A DNA stretch of 64,000 nt from Eledone cirrhosa (GCA_964016885.1 OZ024740.1:192076001-192140000); one strand, 5' to 3'. Numbered from the stretch's first letter, positions 28,028 to 44,670 are shown. Program-made: numbers and translations. Notes: generated by a model from the letters alone, not told the origin.

Positions 28028-28205
28028 AATATAATAGGTCTGTTTATCTTGACTATGTTTTCCTGCGATTTTCATCAAAGATTTTTGAATGCATCTTCTC
28101 TTCTCACGATATTTCGATTACATTGAGTTCTTCATACGGATTAGACACTATCGTATATTTTGGTAGATTTATCTACATATATATATATATATGTACATAT
28201 CCATG

Positions 28206-28259
<54 letters not shown>

Positions 28260-28262
<3 letters not shown>

Positions 28263-28464
28263 CGAACGAAGTGTGATAAGGTACGGGATGGACCATAACG
28301 CACCAGAGTGCTCAATGCTTAGGATAGTGGGTAATAGGAAAATAGTTAACCCCGATGGCAGAGCTCAAGCCGTTTCAACGGTTATTTCTGGACTAAAAAT
28401 CCTAATTTAGTACAGAAATAGCCGTCGAAAGGGCTTGAGCTCTGCCGTCGGGGTTTAAAATGTT

Positions 28465-28466
<2 letters not shown>
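28260..28466 (-). mobile_element. Fold-back PLE 3'-end relic, same family as 6866-7056
   Basis: Reverse-complement homology, with internal hairpin 28349-28455. Confidence 0.65.
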
Positions 28467-28494
<28 letters not shown>

Positions 28495-28499
<5 letters not shown>

Positions 28500-28626
28500 T
28501 TATCGACCCCCGTAAGGATAAACGGCAAAGTTGCCCTCGGCGTCATTGGAACTCACATCATAAACGGCCGTAACTTCATGCTGCAAATCTTGGCGTCCGC
28601 CCATCTACCTATACTGCCAATCCACC
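28495..28626 (-). mobile_element. Truncated tRNA-derived SINE
   Basis: Degenerate match to the SINE head and body. Confidence 0.7.
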
Positions 28627-28708
28627 TCCAGCTACATATATATATTTAACGACTGGTGCCGTCTAGTGGAATCCAACTGAAACAGCGGGGGACAACAGTC
28701 GATAAACA

Positions 28709-28754
<46 letters not shown>

Positions 28755-28757
<3 letters not shown>

Positions 28758-28950
28758 TTATTAAAATAAAAGATTAAAGGTTAAGCAAAGAATCGCTGAT
28801 TTCACCCTTAACCGTTAAGGATGAAAGCAGCGATTTTTGCTTAAACTTTAATCTGTTATTTTAATAAATATTTGCTCTACTGCTCTTATATATTTGATAT
28901 CCTTATCGAGCTCTCTATGATTTTAGTCTTCAAATTTATTATTATTACTA
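28755..28950 (+). mobile_element. Fold-back repeat relic; end also present at 12953-13000
   Basis: Arms 28755-28798 and 28828-28870; shared ttattaaaataacagattaaag.ttaagcaaagaatcgctg. Confidence 0.55.
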
Positions 28951-28984
28951 TATATATATATATATCTATATATATATAACAGAT

Positions 28985-29760
28985 CTACCAATCATGTTTG
29001 TAAACAAAGCGTAGACACATCTCTTTGACGTGATCCAGCCTAACACTGTTGAAGCGGTTTCTCATGTCCACCTTCACAAGGAAGTAGGGTGACGAAAGAT
29101 GTGCGTGTTCTATGAAATGTCTTGCCGCTTGAGCTGCAACATCACAACTGAACTTGATTCCCTTCACGAGCTGGTCATGGATTAGCACCTCCTTCGTGTA
29201 GACGTTGAAAGATATGCAAGGTGTCTTACATGCAAGTAGTCTCATGAGAGATGTTGAGAACTGTTATCGAGTTAAGGCTGCGAGATAAGTTCTCTGAGGT
29301 GGCCGGGGCGCAGGGCGTCCACTTCGGCAAAGCTACTGCCTGGTAAGTATCTCAGGGCCGCTGCTACGTCCTCAGTGGTCGCAACCGGGGAAAGGGTGCT
29401 TGCCGGGGCTGGAACGTCACTGATGTCAGCTCAGGGTGTCTGGATGTTTATGGCTAAGCACTGATAAGACATCCTGTGTGGGCCGAAATAAAGCTTCGCT
29501 CGAGGCCATCTCCTGTAACACCACCGAAACGTCGCCCTCAGCCTAGGGTTGGATCTTTCTCTTAGACGTTTCGTGCAATAGGATGTGGTCTACGGACGTA
29601 GCGGCAGCACTGGTGGGGAGCATGAGAGGAGGGAATGTCTCAGGCACATGGTCGCAGAAAAAAAGATAGTTCTCTTGAGTCTCGAAATCATGGAGAGGCC
29701 CTATCTCCCTCACACCGTCGAATTACAAGCAATCGGGATCCCGAGTACGAATGTCTAAAA
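28985..29760 (-). mobile_element. Decayed CRE-clade non-LTR RT fragment
   Basis: DVAAALRYLPGSSFAEVDALRPGHLREL and QLVKGIKFSCDVAAQAARHF...LVKVDMRNRFNSVRLD, matching the CRE-type QxGVG..G.EAA.HA.R...LKxDxxNAFNSV.R motif. Confidence 0.65.
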
Positions 29761-31564
29761 AATAAACAGTTTGGTCCAATCTTGCGGGTGTCTCGCTCCG
29801 TGGCTGCCTGAGGCAGGACATCGGCGGCAGAGCCTCATCCAAGTTTTAAAATTTCGGGTCCCTGTTATGCTAGGCATCTCGTGGTGGATAGGCATTGCGG
29901 GCAGTGCCACTGGTGTTTTGTTTTCTTCTATTTTCTTCTATTTTATCATTCCTAATTGTCAACACTAATTCTCAACTCATGTTTATTATACTGCATACTG
30001 GCGAGACTGCTTATTATATTATATTATCATAACTGCCTCTACCACTACTGTCAATGAGGCCACGTGCCATACATATTTAACTATGGTATTGTCGATTCAA
30101 CCTGTAGAATTATTGTTGTTGCTGTAGAAAAATCCATCCGACAGGCTGTCCGATTTGCTGGATGATATTCTGCTGGAACAACCTCTGACAAATAGCTTGT
30201 ATCCTTGTATACCCCTTGTGTTAATGCTGTATATTCTAAGCCATATGTCATCGGTATTTTGAGAAAGCAACACCAATGATCAGTCCGGGACATATCAATG
30301 GATTGAAACTACAGAAGTAATCGTCTTTTCTTTTTCATGCGTTTTCTCTGTTCAACTATTAACTCGTTGATGAGTTGATAACAAATACGTAACAATTGCA
30401 GCGATTATATAAGGAATACATGAAGTAATTTCTAACATGTCGACCTGTGGTTCATTATTAACTATATGTATATGCTGTGGTTGTTGTTTTTTAATTTAGC
30501 ATAATTTTACGTCAATCTAGTTATTTTACTCTGTTTCAAATATCTTACTACGTGCTGAGCTGAGAATACAGTTAATTGTACTCTCCGTAGAATATTCATT
30601 ATTTATATATATGTCCCAGTTTGGATTTAATCCAAATATTTTAAAACTCTACTGAGTTTTATACTCTGAAACACAATAGGTTCGAATTACATTGAAAGTT
30701 TAATTAAATGTTTACACCTCCTGAGTTATGTCGGTCGTACTACATCTTAGATTTGTGTCTGTACTTTACAACCCCAGTGACCTTTTCAGGTAATGTTGCG
30801 GCTCCCATGAGAAAACGTGTTTACACTTCAAATAAAAAACATTATTTCAAAGTGTGGATTTAAGTGTTGTGTATGTTATTGGCAATAATACTTTAGATCG
30901 ATAGAGATTTTAGCTTTCATTGTATCTGTTTGCGGGGAATTAATATTATTTTAATTTCTAGCTGTTAGTCAAGTGTTTGCTCTCTGGTTGCCAGTTTTGT
31001 GAAAGTTGATATGCATTTACGAACACTGGTCAGGTGTTTTATGCAGAAATAGGGAACTTTGTCATTAATAAGTGTTCTTTTTTTTTATATAAATGCGATT
31101 TATTGTGTTAGCCTGTTCTTTGTCCAATATGATGTGCCCAGTTTTGGCTACTAACATATTTCCTCACAATATCATTTCATTCATGTTACTGCCTTAGTAT
31201 CATAAGGTATTTGTTTTATATTTGCTGGAATTAGGCGTGAATTTATTTCCGTTGATATTGATGCATTCTCCAATGTGATGTTGTTTTGTAAATGTCTTTG
31301 AAGAATTTGTTGTTATTTGATTCAAACAGCTTGTTCAAAAAAAGGACACATTGACAGTTTAATTGCATCATTTTGTTAATGTTTTTTTTCTTTTATCTTT
31401 CGTTTAATAGTTCCTATTTACGTTGATACATGTTTTAGTTAATTCGGTTGCCTTTTATAGCTGAGCTATTCCTGTACGATTTGATTAAGAAAGATCTGGC
31501 TTATATATTGTTTCCGGTTTATGTACAATATGTTTATACATTAGGGAGAGGGATTATAATTATT

Positions 31565-32152
31565 AGTAGTAGTAGGATCGCTAAAGCGTCGGACAACACT
31601 AATAGTGGCATAGAGTTATGGCGATTTGTGTTCTGAGTTCAAATCCCCCCGGGGATAAAATAAAGCACCAGTCATGCACTGGGATCGATTTAATCGACTT
31701 TCCCACCCCGAAAAGGCTGGCCTTGAGCCTAGATTAGAAATAACCATTATTATTAGTGGATTGGCAGTATCGGTAGAGGGTCGGACGTCAAGCTTTGCAG
31801 CATAGAGTTACGGCCCTTTGTTGTCTGAGTTCAAATCCCGCCGGGGTTAACTTTGCCTTTCATCCTTACGGAGTCGATAAAATAAAGTACCAGTAATACA
31901 CTGGATTAATTGCTGGCCTTGTGCCTAAAGTAGAAACAATTATTATGGGATTGGCAGTATCGGTAGAAGGTCGGACGCCATGCTGTGCAGCATAGAGTTA
32001 CGCCCCTTTATAGTATGTGTTCAAATCCTGCCGAAGTTCACGTTGCCTTTCATCCTTATGGGGGTGGGTGGGAGGGGGGCTCGATAAAATAAAGCATCAG
32101 TAATGTACTGGATTAATTGATGGCCATGCGCCAAAAGCAGAAACACAATTAT
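31565..32152 (+). mobile_element. Three head-to-tail tRNA-derived SINEs (~31565-31750, 31756-31945, 31947-32152)
   Basis: Repeated gttcaaatcc B-box and gctggcc...agaaa tails separated by attattat. Confidence 0.8.
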
Positions 32153-33179
32153 TATTATAATGATTATTGATTAACTTCGCTCTAGGGATTTTTCAATTGG
32201 TCCGTAAGTTTGTTAATTTTCATCTCATTTTGCAAAGTTTCTTGTTGAAAGTTTTGCTATAAACTGTTATACCGCACGTGGAAAACATACCGCTTTCTGA
32301 CATTGCATCGAGTGATGCCAGAGGAAAGAGTGGTTTACCGTCAGCAACAAAAAAAAAAGAATGTATGAATTAATTTATTAAAATAAAAAATGAATGACAG
32401 CCACATTAAAAACAACGAGAAAAGATCATATTACCCCGCAAAAAATCATAAATTAATTACAATATATCAAACAACATGCAGAATCCTGAAACACAATGTC
32501 CTCAAAACAATTGGGGATAACCAAACAACCATATCTAAAAGATATATACCGATATTATTGTGGTGTTGAGCACATCTGGATGGCGGACAGATCAACAATC
32601 TTAATAGGGAGAAATATTAACCAGAAAAAGTCGTTGGACCTAGAGATCCATTTCGTCCAACAGCGTTGTCAGGTGCTTGATGGATGAACCCGTTAAATTG
32701 GCTGATGTCTGCTTTGGTAAATACATCAAAATAAATATAATAACATGCAACAAACTGGGTTAAGTTCGTGAGCAGGGTGACATGACTCATCCAGGAATGA
32801 ACCGATGTCGAACAGAGGTAGAGAACAAATAACAGTGGATTCGTCATCTACTAACGCTTGACAGTGATAACTTGTCATGGTCCACATCTGACAACACAGG
32901 AGCGTTAACATTTTCCCGTTTGGTGGAAGGGGTGCGTTGCAATCATTAGGCTGTTCATTTGCCATCAACATCTGCTGCGTGGAGGGCTGGGTATAATGCA
33001 TGAACATACTCCAAGGCAACATTTCCAGTTTTTCCTTGGGGGTGAATTTGTGCAGACACCGTTCACTAGATGCAGGTTTCTACATATTGACTTTTTGGCG
33101 GTCCTCAACTCCTGGGAATATAGAAGACTGTGAGGGAGCGCTTGGAAATTTAAACCTTCATACACTTCTGCCAATCTGA

Positions 33180-33960
33180 CACTGGGATCCTGGAAGCTAC
33201 ACCTTGGCGTGCTATAGACAGTTAGCGTTTAGCCTCGAATGCAATCGACAAAAATCAGCTAGTCAATCATTTCTGGAATAATTTTGGTCCTGGACACAAA
33301 GATAACTTCCAGAAAAGTCTGCCAGGGATTCTTTACTGAGACATGCTAACAAGGTATCCATAGTATCGGAGCTGTGACTTTCAATTCGGAGGAGTAGATG
33401 ATGTACATAGAGTGACACTCTGATTTCCGAACTGTGCACTCTATCGAGTAACTGTACTCCAGAAACCTTTCGAAGGAACCCAATTTAGCCAACTTGTATT
33501 TACGACCATGATAATTCACCTATTACACAAGATCCATGACCATAAGTTAGGGTTCGCACGGATACCGAAATGAAGATAGTCATTTTCGCTTTTACGCCTA
33601 CCCAGTGTATCAGTTTTCACAACACTGATTTTCGTTCCAGCCGTGCTGCTCTAGGCATCAAACCTATCGAGTGCAAGTCGGAGATCAGCTTCTGCCAAGT
33701 TAAGCCGTAGCATGTCGTCTGTAAATTATAGGCGACAGATTGTACGCACGCCCATCATGATAGGACTTCCAATCTGGCTGCACATGTCAATCCTGTTCAT
33801 GTAAATAATTAGCAAGTGACGTGACAATACAATTCCTTGACATTGTCTGAATCCTAGATTTAATGATTTCCATTTAGCACCATTTATCCGAACCAGCCAT
33901 TCGTATATAGACATCGAAGGAGCAAGAAGCTGACCATCGATCGCATTCTCTTGTAGAACC
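33180..33960 (-). mobile_element. Highly decayed RTE-like RT fragment
   Basis: VRINGAKWKSLNLGFRQCQGIVLSRHLLIIYMNRID is RT motif B-like; many stops. Confidence 0.5.
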
Positions 33961-34038
33961 TTTTATATCATCATCCTCTTCAGCATCAGCATCACCATTA
34001 ACAGAATCATATTATTTAATGTCGTCACATATATATTA

Positions 34039-34503
34039 CTAGCAAAGTTACCCGGCGTTGCTCGGGTATTAAATAGCATTGTGTATACCATTTATGTCAA
34101 TACTTCAGTGCTGCTTCGAAAACTATACTTTTACAAAATCATCGGCTTCTTCCAAAAGGGGATTCCTGCCCCCAGGTGTCCCCTACTCAATATCTGCCAA
34201 TTCTGAGAGTTTACATTCATCTGTAGGACAAACGTAGTCCATGTGACAAGTTTTGTGAAAATCGGTTGCGAACTCTAGAAGTTGTGACGTTTTGTTGCAT
34301 TGCACTGCAGTGCTTAAGTCGACTCCAAGAAAGTGGTTAAAGGGGTTATCTGCCTAAAGACCCTATAATCAATATCTGGAAAAATGAAAGTGCCCATGAC
34401 CATCCGGAGTAGATAAGTAACATATGTCTTAAGTTTGGTGAAAATACTGTAGTAATGCATAAGGTTTATACATACGCGTGCGTGTGTGCGTGCGTACGTG
34501 CGT

Positions 34504-34586
<83 letters not shown>

Positions 34587-35212
34587 CGTGGGTGTGTATG
34601 TATTTGTGTGTGCGTATGTATGTGTATGTCCGTCGGGACATACGCATGTACTCGCCTAAATCTTCTTCACTATTTACTTTTACTATTTTAATAACCTCTG
34701 TCATTTTCGTTTTCAATTTTATTTACATCATTCTTAAACTCCGGGGCTGGAAATCATTCTGTTATGTTAAATAGAATATTAGTCTAACGACTCAACTTAT
34801 ACGATATATTTGGTCTTGTCTTTGCATGAAATTGGGCTTCTCGCTCCACATAACGACGTATTTTCCTCGCTTTTTTTCCCGTTCATTGCCAGGGAACATC
34901 TTCACGAACCAAAATATCGTCTTCCTGTTTTCGTTCGGTTGGAACGTTTCTCGAAATATTGACTTCTGCGTTCACAGATTACTCTAAGTTCAATTTGAAT
35001 GAGAAATTCCTGTCTCATCGATTTTCTCCGTAACTATGGAAGCTTGTAACCAACGCTGTAACTATGGAAGCTTGTACCCAACGCCTCTTTGGGTCATTCT
35101 GAATAACTGTGTAAATTTTCGCTGCTTTCCACCTAGCCGTTTCGACGTTTATCCGACTACACCTACTAACTTAAATGTACAACGTCCGACCACTTCCAAC
35201 GTATATAGTTGA
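34039..35212 (-). mobile_element. Non-autonomous Helitron
   Basis: Minus strand starts A|TCAACTATATAC and ends with hairpin ACCCGAGCAACGCCGGGT, then aactttgCTAG|T. AT insertion site, no TSD, internal (CA)n. Confidence 0.7.
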
Positions 35213-35740
35213 TTTCAGTCATAATCTAATCGCTGAATTACTCTTATTTTTTTATTTGCTTTTCTCCCTCTTACATCTCCTAGAATCACAAACCAAACAA
35301 AATATGCGATACCTATGTGCAGATAGTTTTATCGTTAATTATAATTGTAATAGAATAAATCATCTCACATTTAAATAAGTGCAGTCAACGCACCAATGTA
35401 ACATTTACAGGAAAATGTAAGAATGCCTTTAGTGTATTTCAGTATGTGTTATTCAAGCAGGTCTACCGAAAATGAACGTGAAATATAATTAAAATATCAC
35501 CTCAAATGAACATTGTTTACACATTCGTTTTACAACTAATCTTTGACATATTAGCGATAGGGTTATGGAAGAGATGTGCAAATACTATTGATTACTTGGA
35601 AATAGATTTACAACTGAAGTAATTAGATTGGTCAAACGATACTTACTGGCGTGCAAATGCAGCACAATACTTGTTGAAATCCACTTGTGATATATGCAAA
35701 TGGACATATATCCGTACACAGGCACTCACATACTGTTTTA

Positions 35741-35956
<216 letters not shown>

Positions 35957-36040
35957 GCAAAAGTTATATTTAAATTGTTTGGATACAACAAGTAAATATT
36001 TTTATAACTGATATAAAGCACTCGACAAGTATTTGTATCG

Positions 36041-38383
<2,343 letters not shown>

Positions 38384-38387
<4 letters not shown>

Positions 38388-39377
38388 TACAATAACAGAG
38401 ATAGTTTAAAGCTAAACTCTGACTGGTAACCATCTCACTCAACAAACATTAGGTTATATTAAAATATAAACACAATTTAAGTGTTTGGGGTGCTAACAAT
38501 ATGTATAATGTGGAAAAACCAGTTGTATTATTTTATGAGATATAATTAAAGTTAAAGTATATATCTCTTTCCAAACAATTGTTTCATTATAAGTTTTCTA
38601 CAAGTTTGGGAGAATGTTTCCAGTTTATGTAGAAGCCTAATATATATTCATGTAAGAATATATTTAGGTGGGTACTTATAAATCATCAGTGGAAGCCCAT
38701 TAAACATTGATATAAGAAAACAATTTCTTACCGCTGTCAAAGATCATGTCCGTAAAGTTGCTCTCTCTCACCTCGAATGACCGCCAAATTTGAAATTCCA
38801 GCAGTTTTTGTCTGAGGAATTATCATAGCGACACGAAGTGGGAAGGGGGGACAACTCACGAAATGAGGAAAAAAATAATATACACGCGGGTTAATTAGTT
38901 TTTTTGAAAACATTATCAATCCAACGTGTTTAAGAACTCAATTGAAAATAAAAAAATAAATATATGCTTGTATACATTACACACGCATATAGATATTTTC
39001 TTAGGCTAAATCAGAAGTTGTACCCGAATAAGAACCGCTTCTCATAACCGCAGTAAATGCAGAAAGTTATGCTATAAAGGGCAAATGGGAATATAATTCT
39101 CCGGCCGAATTATTAAGAGTAAAATATAAAACACACGCGGGTTAATTAGTTATTTCAAAACCAATATTAATTCCTCGTGTAAAGAACTCAATTAATAAAA
39201 GAAAATAAATACATATATGCATGTAATTATATACGTAGGCATATATATATATTTTCCTAGGCTAAAAAACAGAGAAGTTACAACCCCAAAAAGTCAAATT
39301 CATAAGGTACCTGGAAATAAACACATCTGGCCATTCAAGAGTAAATATTTAATACAATAACAGAGATAGTTTATAGC
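38384..39377 (-). mobile_element. 965-bp non-coding unit with 29-bp terminal redundancy and a large-stem-II hammerhead (38569-38694)
   Basis: ttaatacaataacagagatagttta at 38384 and 39349. Motif: ttcca-CTGATGA-t-ttataag...cttataa-t-GAAAC-aatt-GTT-tggaa. Internal ~250-bp duplication at 38882 and 39133. Confidence 0.7.
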
Positions 39378-39378
39378 C

Positions 39379-39470
39379 GCCCGCATAGCTCAGTCGGTAG
39401 AGCATCAGACTTTTACGATCTATTCTGTGAAGGTATCTCAGGGTCACGGGTTCAAGTCCCTCTGCGGGCG
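39379..39470 (+). tRNA. trnK-UUU: tRNA-Lys(UUU) with 19-nt intron (39416-39434); probably a variant or pseudogene
   Basis: GCCCGCATAGCTCAGTCGGTAGAGCATCAGACTTTTA[cgatctattctgtgaaggt]ATCTCAGGGTCACGGGTTCAAGTCCCTCTGCGGGCG. Perfect acceptor stem; one anticodon-stem and two T-stem mismatches; no oligo-T terminator. Confidence 0.85.
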
Positions 39471-39476
39471 AACTAG

Positions 39477-39507
<31 letters not shown>

Positions 39508-40138
39508 CATATGTAGATAAATATATATACATATATATATATATATACATATGTAGATAAATCTACCAAGAGTTTGCGGTAGTGTCCTAGAAACGATCGT
39601 TAAATAATGAACTTTTTTTGTTTAATATAAGGACCTGTTTCATTGTTTTATTCATTATTTTTTTAATATTTTATATATATACATATATATATATATACAT
39701 AAATACACACTCAACACGATACATGTAAGTATCACTCTTTATGCTTTTGCATACTAATGTCTCAGTGTGTGTCGGTGTAGGTGTGCCTGAGTCTGTCACT
39801 CTGTGTGTTCAAGAATCATATAGACACCAACTAACTCATAGTTATGTCGACGCTTGTCATGAAGTCCAAAGAAGCGTACGAGATAAAGTTTTTTTGCAGC
39901 CGTGCAACATTTCTTGTACAACTTTTAGGATATTATTGCGGTATATTTGAGATGGAGATATATACTAGAAGACAGCACAAGTCACCAAAGAGATTGCAAT
40001 CAAGTTTGCTAAAAATCCTGCCATCATTGTTGCACATAGGGTGTTGCGCCTACAATAGGTTTCTTGTGACATACGATACGTGTTAAGCATTCAGGTTTGT
40101 CATGAATAACAGACCCGAGGGCGTTATACGTTACCGAA

Positions 40139-40322
40139 GGATTGGCAGTATCGGTAGTGGGTCGGGCGCCATGCTTTGCAGCAAAGAGTTACGGCCCCTT
40201 GTGGTCTGAGTTCAAATCACGCCGAGGTTAACTTTGCCTTTCATCCTTACGGGGTCGATAAAATAAAGAACCAGTAATACACTGGGATAATTGCTGGCTT
40301 GTGCCAAAATTAGAAACAGTTA
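40139..40322 (+). mobile_element. tRNA-derived SINE
   Basis: Same family as 6326-6510. Confidence 0.85.
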
Positions 40323-40904
40323 TATGTTACCGATGAATATAAAAAGCAAAGTAAACATAAATGATTTACCCTATACCTTTCTACTCATCTGAAAATGAGT
40401 CATGTTTCACTAATATGCCCCGAAAATTCTAGAATAATTCAAGGAATTTAAAAAATCTCAATATAAACGAAATAAACCGGAATGGTTGAAGCACGAATAT
40501 ATGAATATAAAGCGGACATTTGTATCTTAACAGAATCTGGGACGTGAGTTTTTCGTCGATATTTTAAGACACATGTTATCAGGATATACTTCGAGAGTTT
40601 TGTAGCTATTCCTTCGGAATCATCATGCATAATAGGTGCAGACACAGCACAAAGAAGACAATGAAATAAATTTGCACGTTAACCAGACAACTGAAGATTA
40701 AAATAATTCAGAATATTTCATTTATTAGATTGCAAAATATGGACTATTTTATGTTTACAGTAGCCAGTGTGACCTTCCTCATTTCTACATGGGATTACAT
40801 TTTGTGGGATTTCTCGTCTTCATTTTATTGATGTGCATATTTATCTATAGTGATCGAATTGCCTCAGTCTTAACGCCCCCTTCTTCCTCATTACTAGTTT
40901 ACCC

Positions 40905-41031
40905 TTGTAATCGTTCCCGGCATCCGGCTGAATAAACTGGAGCAATGTGAAGTAAAATGACTTGCTCAAGAACACAACGTCTCACCGGTTCATGAATAAA
41001 TTTCCCGATTATAGGCCCAATGTTCTAACCA
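40905..41031 (-). mobile_element. Old SINE fragment of a second family
   Basis: aactggagcaatgtgaagtaaaatgacttgctcaagaacacaacg is a SINE-core-like motif. Confidence 0.5.
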
Positions 41032-42450
41032 TATTGTATATTTCGCTCTCATGCAATGAAACTGTATTTGCGTTCACCCACATGTATCTATTCTGATTGT
41101 CATCTACACAGTTTTCCATATAATAAATAAATCTCCGTTAAAATTAGACGATGCATTTTTATTATATTCGTTAAACGGAATTTCCGACACTTTAAATTAG
41201 TGTGTAAATAGGTGACTACTCTACAGTCAGGTAACGTGATTCTGAAGTTCATTTGGTGTGGTATATTGTGGGACGAGATTGCCCCTTTGAATTATAGGAA
41301 CAGTCGATTTCATTAATAAAGCTTCGACCAGCAAAACATTGAAATACATATACGCAAATTTCAAGCTTTGGAATTGAACCTGAAATGTTTTTTCCTTTTT
41401 TTTTGTTTGTGAAGTAAGCTACTTTAACAGTTCAGCTATGAGCTCTTATTAACGGGTTAGTTTATGCGTTTTATCTGAACAAATATTTCTCTTTACTATT
41501 GCTTCCTTTTACTATTGGGTTTTCAGAGAGTAATGTTGCCTTTTACAGCACTTACGTTTCATCGGTGTCCAGTCATTAAAAGATATTTAACTTAATCATA
41601 TAAAATATCGAAAGAATACGCGTTCAAAAACGATTTAAATCCATCGCTTAGTATCTCTAGACACTATTAATTGGAGAGATCACATAACATTGGCTATCCT
41701 GGGAGATAATGGCCCACTTATTTCCTATTTACCAGGTGAACTCATATACAGAACGGAGAAAAATCATTAACTAAACATATATATGCCTCTCTCTCTCTCA
41801 ATTTAGTTACGTCTCACGAGAAACAGTTATATATTGTTCATAGCAGCCCAAAAAAGGTTTTAGAGTTATAAACAATATACACTTGCAAGACCAATCTACA
41901 GTACATACTTTCTTCAAAAATATATGTTTTTGATTGGGAATAGCAACACAAAATACAAATATTTACTTGAAGCATATAACAGACACTTCAGAAAACTAAT
42001 ATGTCAAAACATATTTGTTCAAGCCAAATAAATGAAGTGTGATAAATAAGCTTCAACACGTTTAAATAAACAGTCCTCAAGACACATCGAACGTTTCAAA
42101 CAGTAGCAACAAATTATACCGCAAACCATCACTATCTATATAGTAAAATGTTCATACTATAGTCTACAGATGAAAACCAAGTCTCCATGTAGATTTAGCG
42201 AACCATTTTGGGAGAATTCCCAATTGACATGGTCATAAATCACTAGTAATCAACAGCAAAACAACTTTGACTCCAACAATATTTTTACACAGACGACAAT
42301 CACAATATAATCAATCATCGTAAGTCTGAGCACATGTTCCATTAGAAAGACACTCGCACATAAAGAACCAAAATAATACGTTTATAGAAAAAAAAAGTAT
42401 GTCTAAACATACTTTTCAGGTTATTTTTATTATACACACATGCATGTGTG

Positions 42451-42548
<98 letters not shown>

Positions 42549-42572
42549 ATATATATATTTACACACATACAT

Positions 42573-42629
<57 letters not shown>

Positions 42630-43274
42630 GTATATATGTATATATATGCATGTATGTGTGAGTGTCTGGGAATGTGTGTGAATGTCTATGTGTACGTATG
42701 TATATATGTACGAGTGTATGTATAACATAATAATCAACAAAAAATATACACTGGTCTCTATATTGAAAGAGATCTAATCTCTAATTATTGTGATTGGTAC
42801 ACACGATATTGCATTTGCAAATAAAAGTAATATAAGCTACGGATGTTGCCCGTATATTTTACTTACAAATGCCGGAACGAGATTTTGCAAAAGGTCTGAT
42901 GCGAAACATTGAGCAAAATATATGAAACAAAATTGAAGTGATAGAGGTGAGCTAACGCTGGTGTAAAATAACAATTTACTAATGAAAAAGGTACTAATAT
43001 GTCCCCAAAATAGATCAAGAAATATGCCAAGGAAATATATCACGTTCAACACATATGTCTACGAGCTAGTCAGTCTGAAGTTAAATCATTTTCCGAAATA
43101 TCACTTCCTTTTTTCAACTTTTGTTCTTGTAATTTTCTGAAAGGTTTTCCACGAACAAGATTGAGACATCTTCGTATTTTATTTGATGCTAGCGTACCAA
43201 AGTTTTGGTACCCTAGAAATATATATAATAGAATAAATATGGTTTTATAAATATAGTTTCCATTTATTTAATAT

Positions 43275-43354
<80 letters not shown>

Positions 43355-43358
<4 letters not shown>

Positions 43359-44047
43359 GAATAATCGAGTATCGGAAAATCAGCTCACGAATTAACGATA
43401 AACAAATCCGATATGAGTGGCAGAGGGCTCAATAATTTGGATAAATCAGAGCTATAACTATCGTTAAATTACCAACACATAAATATTATGCCTAAAATCA
43501 CCCGTGCAGCCGAAAAAGAACGACCAGGAAGATTCGGGTCACTCAAATAATATATCAATAAATCAATAATTTAAATGAATGTAAAAAACTTACCCGGACC
43601 CGCTAGAAGGGTGTTAAATCTAGCTTCTTGGGTTTCTGCAATTCCTTAATCCGTTCACTATCAGCCCACATAAAAATATATAAGACTTCTAGGAAAGGAC
43701 TGGACCGGAAGAGCTTTATCAACGGGTTGCGTCCGATAATAAAGAAGTGACCTTTAGCCAGACACGCACATGGTGCCCAGCAAGGGAGATAACCTCTATA
43801 TTAGCGAAAAATTGTCGGTAATGTGGAAATCATGTGGGGGTACAAAATATCACATATCGAATCAGAGTGCTCAATAGAATCGACAAAAAAAATGATCAAT
43901 AAAATTAACTGGTCAATAGCTATGTCTAGAGCTAAATATAATAGAATAATCGAGTATCGGAAAATCAGCTCACAAATTAACGATAAACAAATCCGATATG
44001 AGTGGCAGAGGGCTCAATAATTTGGATAAATCAGAGCTATAACTATC
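43355..44047 (-). mobile_element. 585-bp non-coding unit plus partial second unit, with large hammerhead (43592-43727)
   Basis: Repeat starts at 43355 and 43940. Motif: acccg-TTGATAA-agc..ttcc...ggaa..gca-GAAAC-cc...gg-GTC-cgggt. (TA)n flanks. Confidence 0.75.
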
Positions 44048-44629
44048 ATATATATATAGAGAGATAGATATATGTGTGTATGTTTGTGTGTGTGTGTTTT
44101 ACAGAAACTTAAATCACCAAAAGCCTGCCTAAACGCAAAAACAGAAATGTTCACCAGTTGCCCACACATGAAATAACATTTGCTTTCCAGCTCATATAAA
44201 CTTAACTCACTTTCCTTAACTTACCATTTTATAGACTTCTCATTCAGTTTTACGCATCTTTTATTTTCATGTTTATTTTTATTTTTACTTTACATCCACT
44301 AGTGAACCCCCGCCCCCTGCTTTTTGATTCATTAACTTTATATCTTAACAATTATACATTATTTACATTTATTTTACTTCCCCCTTTTCTTTCACTACCA
44401 GACATCACTTGTCACTTGTGTTTTTAACTCAAGATATTTTACGTTGTCCCTCTGCCTCTTTTATGTATGTATACTTGCGTATATTTTGTACACATTTATT
44501 CATACGGTTGTTTTCTTTATATATGTATGCGTATGTGTGCATGTATGTGTATACGTGTTTGTATATGTATACGAACGCATTCGTATGTGTGCATGTGTGT
44601 GTGTGTGTGCGTTTATGTATATGTATTTT

Positions 44630-44670
<41 letters not shown>

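Noticed and set aside
30660-30960. GIY-YIG-like relic (SYVGRTT), related to 26823-26957
   Set aside because: Probably another old PLE, but boundaries and frame cannot be supported.
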